From assembly GCA_951406725.2 (NCBI GenBank), contig OX597814.1:186558001-186622000 (forward strand): a stretch of 64,000 nt of DNA, written 5' to 3'. The notes beneath the pieces are model-generated. The model had not been told where the DNA came from. It did not search any database and saw only the letters and a program-made list of their open reading frames with translations. The stretch's first letter is position 1. Each line of letters opens with the position of its first letter. The position numbers and the translations under genes are program-made. The DNA is from Octopus vulgaris (lineage: Eukaryota). Below, in pieces: positions 13,235 to 26,792 of this stretch.

Positions 13235-14900
13235 ATAAGGCATTTTTGTGTGTGTATTTCCTGAAGTATAGGTGTCATCGTGGAAGCACCAGATATCAAA
13301 AGACAGTTAATGGAGTGGTTTGATGTGCTGAAATGGCAGGACATATACTGGCCCAGGGTGTAGTGAAAGATGCTCATAAAATAAATCACCCAAACGATAC
13401 CCTCTTTCACTAGTGAATAGAGCACCACCAAGTTTGCATATAATGTAGTATATAATGTTGGCAAATATGCAGGAAAAGGTTTGGATGATTTGGCATTATG
13501 ATTTTAAGCCTGTGATTGTTATGGTGTTACAGATGTAGAGACTGGTGTGACATGTCAGTGAGTGTTGAAAATATTTAGTTTAGAGAGCATCTAGCTAAAA
13601 GGTCACAGAAATTCATATCTCTTTTGATGGAGAGGTGTTGCAGAACTAAGGTGCTTATTACGTCAGAGAGTAAAAACCTAGAAGTTGCAGAGAAGTGTGT
13701 GTTTCACTGCGAGGGTAGCTGAGTGGAAGATGAAGTGTATAGTATGTACAACAATCAAAGGTACCTTTGAGTAAGAAAGGGCATTACAACTCTTCGGATT
13801 TCCGATTTAGAGTTGAAAGTCAAATCAGTGCTACATGATCAATGAAATTACAAGAATTGATAGATGTGGATGATGGATTTGGTATGTGGAGTGAGAAAAA
13901 GAGAAGTCAGCTTTTAGTGGATGGAGGAGAACAGGTGGATGCCATTGACAACAGTGTAAGAGATGAAGTGGGTTGATCATTGGTAGTGAATAGGTGGTGA
14001 TGCAATCACCAATATAGCAGCAAGTGTACAGCTCAAAAGAAGGTTAATTAAGCTGGACAAAACTCATGCATAGCCTACAAAGAGTTTAGCATAATTGGGA
14101 CCCATCTTAATTATAATAGTGAGCTTGAAGATCTGTTGTTAAACTCACCAGAGAAGGAGAAACAAATGTGAATATGGCTAAGTTTGGTTAGATGAAGATT
14201 GGTGGTACTGAATTCAATTATAGGCTGACTGTCTAGGAATAAAGTTTAAGGGTTAATAGGCCATCACTGGATGGTGGGAACCATGTACAGTAATTTTATA
14301 TCCATGATGAACAGAAGTTTGGAGGGTTTTGAGAAGGAATGAGAATGAGTTGAAAATATTTAGAGTATGATTCATGTCCTTAATGTATGATGGTAAAACA
14401 GAGATAAGATATGACAGCTGTTTGTCAAAATACTCAGAGGAATTTGGCGGGACACTTATAGATGGAGGCAATGGAGCAGCTTGGATTGTTGGTTTGGGTG
14501 ATTTGGGGAGGAATTAACGTTGGAAGTCCAGGGTATAGTAGTTTAACTAACTTTACTTGATGGCACTTTGGCAAATTATGGAGATACTGTATTTCCCCGA
14601 AGGACCTTGAAAAAGAGAAAAGTAGGAAAATGTAGTGTTAACTCTGATAAATTTCAGGCTTTATGCCTATAGTAGAAAGGATTATAAGTCAATTTGTTAG
14701 TTATTTAACCAACTAAATAATCAACTGTTTGTTTAATCAGTTAGTTAAACAATCAATCAGTTGTCTGATCAATCAATCTTTTCATCACTATTCGTGACCT
14801 CATCAATGACATGCCACCTCCCCTCAAGGTCTGCTTCAAATCTGTCTCAGAACTGGAGGAGAGAAGGCATGTCATTGATGAGGTCATAAATGGCGACAAA
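13235..14900 (-). mobile_element. Decayed Penelope-like element (RT plus GIY-YIG endonuclease)
   Basis: Minus-strand fragments LPSYIKDMNH..NIFNSFSF, KMGPNYAKLFVGY, YIGDC (the YIDD position) and NIIYYIIC...SERGYRLGDLFYEHL (GIY-YIG) occur in canonical order, with many frameshifts. Confidence 0.8.
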
Positions 14901-15720
14901 AGACTGACAGACAACCAACTGATAGTTTAACCCTCTAACTAAGCAAATGATAGATTAGTTGGTTGGTTACATAACTAACCAACTGATGAATAATAAAGAA
15001 GTGAAACTGAACCAGTGCATGAATTTATTACTGGCATAATAACCTCACCAACTCAAGATACAACAAAATAATGTTACACATTGATTCATATTAATTTGGT
15101 GGATTTTAACCCTCTTCTCTTACTGCTTGTCAACATGAATATATTTTAGTTGTTCAATGTTCCAATGATTAAAAGCTGCTATCACCTACATAACACTGTC
15201 TAACAAATAAATCACTGATTCCTAGGGTGGAGCAACTGGATCAGTATGTCTAGTACAGGGTGAGATGGTGGTTGGTGAGGAGCAGTTAATTATTTGGGTC
15301 AGATCTCTGGTGAGTTGTTGCCTGTAAATCTTATACATACGTGACATACAATCAATTTGGAAGCAGACATCTTAGAAAGCAGCACACAGTAAGAGTATAA
15401 AAACCCACACCAGTGTAATAATATAACACAAGATATATGGAGAAAGAGGTGGAGTGGAAAAGAAAAGGAAGAGAGAAAGAGAGAGAAGAAAGGTAGGGAT
15501 ATATATATATAGTGGCAGACTAAGTGTAGACAGCAGTGTTAAGTAGGTCGACAAAGAGAGTGGATAAAGAACAGCTTGTAGCTTTATGACCATAGAAAAA
15601 CCAAGTCTAGACACACTTGTTGGACACGAGACACTCAGCAGCTGATAGTTCAGTTTTTACTATTACTCTCTTTATCTGCATTTGGTTCTCTGTCTCTCTC
15701 TGTTTCTCTCTCTCTCTCTC

Positions 15721-15751
<31 letters not shown>

Positions 15752-15917
15752 ACGTGTGCATGTGTGTGTGTGTGTGTGTCTAGCAGGACAAAGAAGAGAG
15801 AGACATACACCTAAACACACACCTATACATACACACACATGCACATGTGCATATGTATGTATGTATGTATGTATACATGTGCATGTAGGTATATAAAAAT
15901 GTACATGTATATTATAT

Positions 15918-16275
15918 ATGTGTAGCTTGCTTACCAATCACATGGTTCCGGGTTCAGTCCCACTGCATTGCACCTTAGGCAAGTGTCTTCTACTATAGCC
16001 TCGGGCCAACCAAAGCCTTGTGAGTGGATTTGGTAGACGGAAACTGAAAGAAGCCCATCATGTGTGTGTGTGTGTGTGTGTGTGTTTGTCCCCCATCATC
16101 GCTTGACAACCGATGCTGGTGTGCTTATGTCCCTGTGACTTTGTGGTTCAGCAAAAAGAGACGGATAGAATAAATACTAGGCTTACAAAGAATAAGTCCT
16201 GGGAAAGATTTATTCGACTAAAAGGCAGTGCTCCAGCCTGGCTGCAGTCAAACGACTGTAACAAGTAAAAGAATA
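15918..16275 (+). mobile_element. CORE-like tRNA SINE
   Basis: Reverse complement of 9275-9672. Confidence 0.85.
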
Positions 16276-16742
16276 ATAGAATACACACACACACACACAC
16301 ACATAATTATTCTATATGTCTGTGCGTATGTGTGTACATACATAACCAGCAGCTGTGCTAAGTAAAGAAAATAGCTGAAAATTACAGAACTGTAAAATAA
16401 TTTACTTGGATTAACATTTAAAGGAATTTTTATTCTATTATGTGTCTGCATTTTTTTAATATTTTTATTCAATTAAACATATTACGGACACAGTTATGGT
16501 TTACTTCATATCACGTGGTTCTGAATGTGATCCCACTATGCAGCACCTAAGGCAACTGTCTGTCTTTACAAAAACCTCAGTTTGACCAGTGGAAGCCTCT
16601 CAAATATGTATACATGTTTCTTTGGATGTGTATATATCAATATAAATTAGGTATAGTGAGTAATGCTACTTGACAAAAAAAAAGGCTCCAAAAGCAACTT
16701 AGCCATTTAATAAAGATCAATAAAATATAACTAAATATTATA

Positions 16743-16945
16743 ATCATCATCATCATCGTTTAACGTCCGTTTCCCATGCTAGCATGGGTTGGATGGTTCA
16801 ACTGGGGTCTGGGAAGCCAGAAGGCTACGCCAGGCCCAGTCTGATCTGGCAGTGTTTCTCCAGCTGGATACCCTTCCTAACGCCAACCACTCCGAGAGTG
16901 TAGTGGGTGCTTTTTATGTGCCACCTGCACAGGGGCCAGACAAGG
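16743..16945 (-). mobile_element. 5'-truncated RTE 3' tail
   Basis: (CAT)n CGTTTAACGTCC is the reverse complement of the RTE tail at 6.8 kb. Confidence 0.8.
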
Positions 16946-17036
16946 CTGGCAAACGGCCATCAAATATAATTATCTAAATCACTTGAATGTGGTGAGTCAG
17001 CATGGCGTATGTACATATACAGATATAGATATGTAT

Positions 17037-17119
<83 letters not shown>

Positions 17120-17159
17120 TACATACATACATACATACATACATACATACATACATACA

Positions 17160-17222
<63 letters not shown>
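17037..17222. repeat. (CA)n-(CATA)n-(TA)n compound microsatellite
   Basis: Directly visible. Confidence 0.95.
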
Positions 17223-17226
<4 letters not shown>

Positions 17227-17920
17227 CATTATTTTTGATCTTGTATTGGTCTCAGGCAATGAGTTACAAGCATGCAGGAATGTTGTCTTCAAAGGGTTTT
17301 AGTTGATCATACCAACCCCACTACCTAATTGAATCTGGTTCTTATGATAATCATCTCTATTGAATTATAAGTTATATTTTTGTCATAAAGCAATGTAATT
17401 CAGCACACTATTTACACCAGTAAAAATAAACACAGAAATGCACTCATAAATATACAAACACATACATAGTGGGATTCTACACAGTTTCCATCAACCAAAA
17501 TCCATGAAACAGGTCACTTTCATACTTATTAATATTATTCTTTAAACTCCAGACATGTGGTGAAGCAGCTTTCTGAGAGTCAGAATGAATGTGTATGTAG
17601 TGAGAATCTTGTTTTATAGGGATTTTCAGTAAGCCCTATATCACTTTTCTTGTTTCACAATTATTTACAAAGCAGGCCTTAGCTCAATAAACTAACACTT
17701 TATTTAGAAAGAGACAAATGTACAAGTAGGTACTAGGTTTGGTGTACCCATACAGGAATGTTTCTTTTCTTTTCTTTTTTTAATTTATTCTAGCTATAGA
17801 AGCAGCCAAATTTTTTATTTCATTGTAGCTCATTTTAATGCTATTTTTATTTTTATTAAAGGTCTATAGTCCTAAAGGTTTTATAATATCTATAGTCTTC
17901 ACACAAATGGTTATTTATAG

Positions 17921-18207
17921 ATGTATAAATATAAACAAACATATTTTTTTTATAAGCACTAAAATGTGAATATAGATACAAATAAGTTGGTAATTTATTT
18001 TTGACACCATTAGAAACACTGGGTAAATTATCCTTACAAAGTAGAAAAATTTGTCCACAACCAGCTATGGGATTCGAACTCATATCTCTTGGTATAAACT
18101 CTAGCTAGTGCTTTACCATTGAGCTAAACAGCCAGCTGACAAATCAATCTGCTTTTCAGACACTTTTAAAGCTAAATGTACAATTACATGTATAAATACT
18201 AACAAAC
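17921..18207 (-). mobile_element. tRNA-containing repeat unit, copy 1 (267-bp period, terminally redundant)
   Basis: tRNA-like segment at 18060-18136 (TAGCTCAATGGT A box, GTTCGAATCC B box). A 20-bp direct repeat lies at 17921-17940 and 18188-18207. Confidence 0.75.
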
Positions 18208-18538
18208 TGCATTCGAAAATAAATGATCATCTTATTTGTATCTATATATACACATTTCAGTGCTTATAACAAAAACATGTCAGTTTGTTTATATTTACAT
18301 GTGTGATTGTACATTTAGCTTTAAAAGTGTCTAAAAAGCAGATTGATTTGTCAGCTGGTAGTTTAGCTTAATGGTAAAGCACTTCAGCACTTAACTGGAG
18401 CCATATCAAGATATATAGGTTCGAGTCCCATAGCTGGTAGTTGACAAATTTTTCCGCTGTGTAAGGATATTTTACCCAATGTTTCTACTGTTCTAACAGT
18501 GTCTCTACATTTGAAAACAAATTACCAGCTTATTTATA
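18207..18538 (+). mobile_element. tRNA-containing repeat unit, copy 2 (298-bp period, different permutation)
   Basis: tRNA-like segment at 18354-18438 (TAGCTTAATGGT, GGTTCGAGTCC). A ~34-bp imperfect direct repeat lies at 18207-18240 and 18505-18538. Confidence 0.75.
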
Positions 18539-19599
18539 CAGTTTAGAAAAATATTAGCAACATTGGAATGAGAATTTAAACTATAGAGAGGATCTTGCCA
18601 TAAGTTATTTAATTGTCTATTTTGCATTTATGAATATCAGAGTTGTTTCATATGTAATCTCATTTAGAGTATCGTTATAATAACAGGGCTGTATAGTTAA
18701 AGGATTCTTCATATACGATAAGCCAGATGTGCATTTACTAATGTTATCAAATAAATTTTTTTTATGGATTAGTGAATGATGTTTGGATTTATATTCATAA
18801 ACTAAAATTTGTTTAGGTTTTCTTTAAGGGCAGTGTTCAGCAATACCTAAATCTAGAGTTATATCTAGGAAATTAACTTCATATTTATTATGATTTAAAT
18901 TCATATTTACTATGATCTTTAAATCTAATTCTTCACATATATAGATGAACTCTTTTTCTCACAGCATCAAATGAGATCACGTGAGACCACTCATAGTTTG
19001 CAAATTAAGTAGTTCATCACCACAACCTTAACCACATCATATAATTCCAAAATACTACATTTAACTCAAAAAGTATTATAGTGAAATTGCAAAAATTCTT
19101 TAGTATGAATGATAATAGTATCTTCCAAATCACCTATCGAATTCTAAGGTTTTTGAAGAAGGGATTTTTTTTACAGGAATCACTCAAATTTCAATGATTT
19201 CAATGTTTGTAAATAATATTTTTCACTTATATATTGTCACGTTACTTCCTTCAATCATTTGAATACATATGTATTTGTGTATATGTCTGTCTTGATATCA
19301 TGATTGTAAATGAATATCAGCATCATTTGTTTTCAGTCTCCCATGAAACATATGTCTTGTCATGGGGAAATTTACCTTGCTTGGAAACAAGTAAGGATTG
19401 GAAACAAGTAAGGATTGGAAACAGGAAGAGCATCCAGCCACACAAAATCCACCACAACAAATTCCATATAAGCATGGATAAGTGGTCATTAAATGATGAT
19501 GATAACAATTATAATGATGATATATATATATATACATATATAAGAAATGTAGGACACACAAGTATTGTGAACAAAATTCATCTTACACTTATACCTCAT

Positions 19600-20010
19600 T
19601 AGGGGTATAAATGTAAATAAATTTCTCATATCACTTTAACAGATTCCATTCTAACACAGAAAATGAAAAGGTACACTATACTTGTGGCTATAGCCACAAA
19701 TCCCAGCAATTCAGAGACTGCCAGCTTCTTAAACCTTTTATGTTGGTTTGGAAAAAAGCTGAAGGCCTCTAGCAGGGAAATGCTGATTGAGTCCAAGAGG
19801 AAGAAACATTCACAGTGCTCAGACATCAAGTTAACCAAGTTCATCCAAACAATTTCACAACATCATCACCATAAACCCATCGGGATGATGAGGACCATCA
19901 CTAAGCAGATGAAGGTGATGCCATTCATAGTCAGCTGTGCAATCCATAAGGATATCAGGTCCAAACCTTATGTCAGTATTTGGGTATGAAACCTTCCTGC
20001 ACTACCTGAC
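19600..20010 (+). mobile_element. Tc1/mariner (maT-like) transposase N-terminal remnant
   Basis: ORF 19663-19989 (ILVAI...SETASFLN...RKKHSQCSD...HKDIRSKPYV) resembles the HTH region and the fragment at 12.3-12.6 kb. Confidence 0.5.
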
Positions 20011-20029
20011 TGGCTGTGTAGATCACTAG

Positions 20030-20600
20030 CATATTTCACCAGAAAAGTTAAGCATCTCAGTAACTATCCTCAATAGTTCAGATACTTTCTCTGACTTTCA
20101 TAACCTTGATTGAACTTTTAACCATATAGATATGAACTTCAATGGCTGGCCCCTATGTCAGACCTTCACTCTTTCATGAACTCTCCTCATTCAGGAAGTT
20201 ACAATAGCATTTCCATGCCTCTTTCTTTTCAGAATCTATGAGAGAATGTGTGCTGCTATCTTTATTTACACACCTTTCTTCTCTAGTATGCAATCTGGAA
20301 AACAGCAAACCTCTGAACTTTATATCGCAGACCATGAACAAGCTATTTATGTTAGGCTTCTTCTTTCCATGCTGGGCATGCTTAATGTCTAGTTTCATAT
20401 CTAGCAATGTAATTTTGTTTTTTGTTGCCTCCTTTATTCCAATCTTCTCGGCTTGTTTCTTAGCTTTTATGGCTCTATCTGTAGCAGTTTTCCACAATCA
20501 TCCTACACTCTTCTTATGATCCATAATTATGGTTGAATATAATTTGTTACTAAACACCTTACATGAGAACACTCAAATACTGTCCAATTTAAACTCATTC
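20030..20600 (-). mobile_element. RTE LINE endonuclease-RT linker remnant
   Basis: DRAIKAKKQA...EERCV..D...EKKEAWKCY..FLNEE is typical of the RTE linker. Confidence 0.6.
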
Positions 20601-20621
20601 AAGGTTCACAGGAAATCCTCC

Positions 20622-20790
20622 TCCTCCTCATCATCATCATCATTTAATGTCTTTTCTCCATGCTAGCATGGGCTAGACAGTTAGACAAGAGCTGCTGACA
20701 AGTCAGAAAACTGTGCCAAGTCTTACTGTCTGTTTTCACATGGTTTCTATGGCTGGATGCCCTTCCTAATGCCAACCACTTTACAGAGTG
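20622..20790 (-). mobile_element. 5'-truncated RTE 3' tail
   Basis: (CAT)n TTTAATGTC...GGCTGGATGCCCTTCCTAATGCCAACCACT. Confidence 0.7.
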
Positions 20791-21916
20791 TACAATGAGA
20801 AAATACATGAACTAGCTTCAAACACTTTCTCTCTCTCTCTATGCAAGATAGTAATACAAAACTAATATTTTTTGTGTTAGTAGGACTGCATATTTGCATA
20901 AAATATTCCCAGAGAAGAAATTTAAAGTTCACATGCCCAGAAAGAGGGAAATTCTCATGAGCTGATGAACAAATTTCAAACCAATTAAATAAACAATATC
21001 CCTGTAAGAGAAAGGAACCAGATAAGAATATCTCTTGCAGACATTGAAAGTAGAACAAGGTGTTTCAAAGAAAATGATAGAGAACTGCAAAGGAAACTAG
21101 GCTTATAGAAAGCTTAGAAACTGACACTTAAGTTTCCTCTAGGTCTGCACAAGAAATAACCTCAATTTAAAATAGGTCATTGTTTGATTAAAGTGGATCA
21201 CAAAGTAAGTGAATAACTAAAATGGCCAATTCAATATGCTTTCATCACCCCACTGGCACAAATACAAATAACAGGGTCAGCATAGATTAGCAACATCGCA
21301 TGGGAAATAGCTATTATCAATTATACTGACACACAGAAAAAAATGTGACCAAATCAGTAACCTAGAAGGTTTTCCCACAATTATTCTGTAAATATGCACA
21401 GGCCCTAAACCACTTTCTGAAGCTTCTTCAAAACTCATAAAAGATGAAAAAATGTCTCTCTATATTGGAGGGATCTGAGCAGAAGCTACAACAGGCCTGA
21501 CTCTTTAACTTCAAATATCAGTATATCAGGTGGAACAAATTATGAAGAAAAATACATTTCTTCAAAAGAATCATTTACTAAATGGTAGTGATTGGATCTT
21601 TTAAGATTTTTACCTTCTAGAATGAAGAGTGGAGAGATATGTAGTAATATGTTTCTGGAAGGACTGCACCAAACTTTGATACTGAAACTGTGAAAACCCC
21701 TGAACTGGCTACCATAACAGAGTACAAGCAGTTTAATTTTTTCTCTGTCAAGTAAGAACTAGATATTGCAATAGCTTAGATTTCAGAGAACCACAGCTAT
21801 TCGATATCCTTCCTTGAGCCATAAAAGACATGCATGGAGTAGCTGTCAACATTTTCTAACATCACTTGAAGCTATATCACAACAGGAGAGACATAGGCAA
21901 GGATAGTGATATCAAT

Positions 21917-22311
21917 GAAATATAGCAAAACGTTCCCATAGAATTTTGTAATTACTTAGCGAATTCAATGCCGAGGCGTTGTTCAGCCGTTATTAAGAAT
22001 AAAGGCTATGGCACAAAGTACTAATATGTATTTTGTTCTTGTTGCTCATTTTTGCTACAATCTTAAGCTTTAAATAAAATTATACTGATACGGTCTTAAA
22101 CTCATTTTTCGGTAAATTTGAAATGTTTATATTAATTTAGCATTAGAATTCTTCAAGTCATGTAAAAATAGTTATTGTCTGCATCATCCGAAAGAGAAAT
22201 AAATTCTGCATAAGGTGTAAAAGATAAAAATAATTTGTATGGTGTTAGTAACAAAATATTTTGTAAGAAATAGAACTTTTATCATCGGTCTTAAATTTAT
22301 TTTCGCCAGTG
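21917..22311 (+). mobile_element. Tc1 transposon 3' end
   Basis: Translates to VPIEFCNYLANSMPRRCSAVIKNKGYGTKY* (classic Tc1 C-terminus, stop at 22022-22024). Ends ...CCAGTG followed by TA. Confidence 0.85.
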
Positions 22312-23869
22312 TAGCAAATAACAAAACACACACACACACACACAAACACATGCATGTAGATAAGGAAGATAGAGGGTGGAAATAAACATGGAACAAACAA
22401 GTTAATTATAATTAAATATTTTCCCTTAAAACAATATCTTAAAGACTAAATGAGCATTTTTATACAAAATACATTTTATTATCAAGTAAAACACTTAATG
22501 AACAATTAGTTGCACCAATTACGCATTAAATAATGTTTTGAGATCATAGATAATTATTTATTACTTTATAAAGTAGTGACTAAGAGCATAGATATACATA
22601 CTACTTACAATCCCATAACAATTGTCAGTTTACAACTGTAGTAGAGACATGAGAAACTTAGCTGAAATAATACTATCACTAGTTCATTTAAATGTCAGCA
22701 AATGTGATTAATAATGACCTTTCAATTTCAATTTGAAAACAAAACTGAAAGTCTGCTGGGTCCAAGATAAAGGGATGCAAATAAATGTGTCTAAATAATG
22801 TAGTTTTGTTTTTTTCTTCTTTAAGGAAATATATTTATATCATATGATTGAATGTTTTCTGAGTTTTGTATTGCTGATGATTTTAGTAATTATATAAACT
22901 TTACTTTTATTTTTACTTAAACCTTACTCTTCTGAGTTCAAAGTATAAAGAAGACAATTTGTGGTGAAGCTTAGCATTGTACCTCATAAAAATTGTCTGC
23001 GTTATTTCATAACTTATTTTTTCTACCATTTTTTGTCTGTAATATTCTTTTAATGTTGTGATGTACTTTGGTTGAGTGCAAGGTAAAGTTGACTGAATCT
23101 AAAAAATTGCTCTTAAATTTGAGCCCTTGAGAAAAACAATTGTGTTTACTGTATTTGCTTGGCAGACCAAAACTAGGTCTCACTTCTAGTTCACAATTTA
23201 AATATGAACAGTGCATGGAGAGACCATGCAAACACTGAAAAGAAATTAAATGACCATGTGCCACTGGATGCGTGCATGAACAACAGAAACATATTCTGAG
23301 AGAAAGAGTAATATATCTCAAAACATCTTACATGAGATATTCAAACTCTGTTCCAATGTAAAATGGAAAGGCAATACTCTGAAGTACTATTTTTTAATAA
23401 CTGACTTATGGCATATCAAGAAGTTTGAGAAATCAGTCTTCCAAACAATGCTAAAATATATCTTCTTTAACAATCATACATCACATAGTTTGGAGTTTGG
23501 GTGTGGCTTGGAAGAGATTACCCCCTTTTTATATGTATTTCAGTTACTCAGTAAACAAATAGAGCTCTGGAACAGATTATGTTCATATATAGTGGCCCTG
23601 ATTATAGAAATCATCTTGCATTTAATGTGATAATATAATCTTCTAGCATTCATTCATAAATTCACTGTATAAAATTGGTCTTATGGATTCTTGTTTTATT
23701 GAAGTGGATGGCATTCAGATAAACCAAGTTTTGATGTTACTACAGCCAGCTTTGCGTAAGATCTCATGCCTGCAGAATTGGTTTTACTAGTGTATCTACA
23801 TAATTCATTGCAAGAAGAATGTGTTACAGATGTTTAATATGCCTGAAGTTCAAGGTCCAATTTAAATAA

Positions 23870-24291
23870 TCTCTATATATATAAACAGCAACATGTCTGC
23901 GTATGTGTCCTTTATACAAATCCACAATTTTTCAGTTAGAGGGCTCGCACTTTCTATGGTTATTCAAAACCGTCCAAGGGTCCACAATTTTTCAGTTAGA
24001 GGGCTCGCATTTTCTATGGTTATTCAAAACCGTCCAAGAGTGGTCGTGCACATCTTTACATTTCTCCAGTCACCCCGCAAAGCCATTAAAAATCAATAGA
24101 AGTGATTTTTTAGGAATTTTCTATCCAAAACCCAATCAAAATGTCCGAAACTTGATACGCCAATTGAATTCCAGCAAGCTGTATGTGATTGGTCGGAGAT
24201 TTGGACAGTACTTGTGTGTATGTGCACGTGCATGCAGCTGTATATGTATACACTAGCAATATGACCCAGCGTTGCCAGGTCATAGTGCTAG
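23870..24291 (+). mobile_element. Non-autonomous Helitron with internal 60-bp tandem duplication
   Basis: A|TC start (TCTCTATATATATAAA), 3' hairpin and CTAG|T end; 23921-23980 is repeated immediately after. Confidence 0.75.
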
Positions 24292-26792
24292 TACACAATA
24301 ATACTTTCACAGAAAGCAAAAAAGCTTTACTTTTCCATTATACTTTCATTTACATTAGAATAAGTTGTAAGAACAAAATGAATGTTTTTTTTCAATTTTA
24401 CATTAACCTTATCTACAAGACAATTCACTTTATAACTACTATGACAGAGTAAATATAATGTTATCATTTCATGTTATATCATTATGTATTGATCTATGTT
24501 ATGAGAGATCACCCTGGCCCAAAAAATAAAAATACTGATTAGGTATTCATACTTAATATGATTAACAGTAATACAATTTCAAATTCAATACTATTCTATA
24601 ACAATGTTAGGATTAGATTTTAAAAAATAGAATGTATTTCTTCTGAATTTGTGTTCTAATATTACCCTTTTACACACCTGCTGGTAAGCCATCACATGAA
24701 AAATATTTTATCACTAGCCAAATTTCCTTGTTCTTTCTTCAATCAGTACACATACACACAACACACACGTATGACAAGTAAATTAATTTTCTTTCTCCCT
24801 TCTTTTGCAGTGTTAAGAAGAACTCATTATTTTATATAAGCCACTTTGGATCAGAAAGATTAGGACAGTGAGCAGCAGAGTACATTTATTATGGAAGTAC
24901 ACATATGGGAAATTTACCAAAAGAAAAAAGTTCCTAGAGGGTAGCCTCTTTCAGAATAAGAAACTATTTGTATTATTCAGTGTAAAGTTTTAAAAAGAAA
25001 TTGAAATGGGATAAAACAGGAAAATTCAAAAGAGTGGCATTTACTATAGTAGTTATTAAGAGAGTACACAAAATAAAAAGATGGTTCAAAATATATATAG
25101 AGCTAATTTTTCAGGTTCCCTGAAAAGACTACTTACTTATATCAGCTGTGGACAGACAATGATTTTAAAAATAGAGAAATAGATGAAAGCTATTAATGAG
25201 ATAAAATGCAACTGGAGAGATAAAGGATCCTGGATATAATGCTAAAGTTTATAGAACGGAAGAAATAGGAAGGTGCTTTTGGCAATTCTTACAACTATAT
25301 TATACATGGCTTCCAGAAAAGATCATAGAAAATAACTAGCATCTCTGTTACAAATTTCTTTGTCCCTTAACATTGCAGTGTAGTATAAACAACAATTTTT
25401 AAAAAGTTATGGTGATTATTTCAAACACTTCTAATCCATTTTTTCATTTTTAAACACACTGTTAAGAGATCCAAACACTAAGACCAAGAAATTATTTTGT
25501 TATAAATGTAATACTATTCAATATCAAAATATAAAAAGGTTGAAATTTTATAAAATAAAAAAAAAACAGAAATAGAAAGTTAGGTCAAGAATGCCTATAT
25601 AAGTACAATTTCCCAACAAGAAGTGTATTTACATTATCACACTTAAGTAACCTGGTTACATCAGCAAAATTAGAACAGTTCTTCTTTTTATCGTTACTAT
25701 ATGGTATTTATTCGGAAGGAAAGAAGTAAAGCTCATGATTTTTACAGGTCCTCTTGGGATAGTGAGGTTGATGTAGCTGATGAACAGCTTAAATTTTTGA
25801 AGGTTAATGCCTAAGGGAAAACATGATAAAAGAAGTCCCAGATAGTTGCAGTTCTAGAAATAACTGTTTGGAAAAACAGCTTTGTGCAGAGTTCATATTT
25901 GGTTGTTACAGAAAAGATATATGTGAATCAGTTGGTACACAATTTACAAATTTAGAAAAAAGGAACCATAGCACTAATGACAAAAGCAACACAAATTGGT
26001 ATGCCATGTGTTATGTCAGTGAAGTATGGCCATGTACATGTGTTACATGAATATGTTTGTGTATGTGTGTGTGTGTATTGATATGAATGAAATTATATTC
26101 AAAGCTGAAGGCTATTCAATTGTAAATGATTTCATGAAATAATTAAAATAAAAAACACATACACACACTCTCACTCTCTCTCACTCACTCACTCACACAC
26201 ACACACACGGAGAGAATAAGATTTATAAGAATCTCATGAATAATCTCAAGATTTGCTTGGTTTAAGAATCTAACTTAATTCTTGAGACTGGTAGTAAACT
26301 GAGAAATTTCTGTTATATACTTTTCTTAATGTCTTTACATAAAAAAAAGAAAACAACTTATACGTTATCATCCTAACTAGAGACAAAAACAAGCTTAAAT
26401 GCAGTCCAGTAAATTACTGGTATTTGTCAACCAAAAGGAGATGAAAGAAAAAGGTATCTCAAATTTGACTTCAGAACAATGACAAATTAAACTCCATATT
26501 CTAAAATAGCACGGCTTCATTGGTATGTATATGTTATGCAACATGTTACTCTAAAATAGATTTAAGATTTTACTTCAGGAATTATTTTTGAATCAACAAC
26601 CCTGAAGGAAAATACTGAGATTCTAGGACTTCAGAACTTTAAATTCTTTTCATCCCATAAGCAGAATTGAAAAATTCAGAGAACTTATATTTTGACATTA
26701 AACAATTCATTGTAATTTTAATTTTCAAATGAAATGCATTTCACTATAACTCCTAGTGCAACATGTTTTTAAAAAAGAATTTCATTTATTAC

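Noticed and set aside
14983-15020. CTGATGA...GAAAC hammerhead-like spacing next to the fold-back
   Set aside because: Helix II is only about 2 bp, the cleavage triplet would be GUG, and helix I cannot form.
16960-17306. His/Thr- and Cys/Val-rich ORFs (also at 1.8, 11.5, 15.6, 52-53.5, 57.4 and 62.1 kb)
   Set aside because: They are translations of CA/TA/CATA microsatellites, not genes.
18060-18438. Two functional tRNA genes
   Set aside because: The anticodon and variable arms are irregular and differ between copies, and the stems are decayed. Treated as tRNA-derived repeat modules.
21130-21900. Possible ancient LINE endonuclease remnant on the minus strand
   Set aside because: Too degenerate to show a convincing motif by eye.
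25137-25145. 9-nt microexon candidate (cag|CTGATATAA|gtaagt) on the minus strand
   Set aside because: Weak pyrimidine tract and an in-frame stop; such matches are expected by chance in 50 kb.
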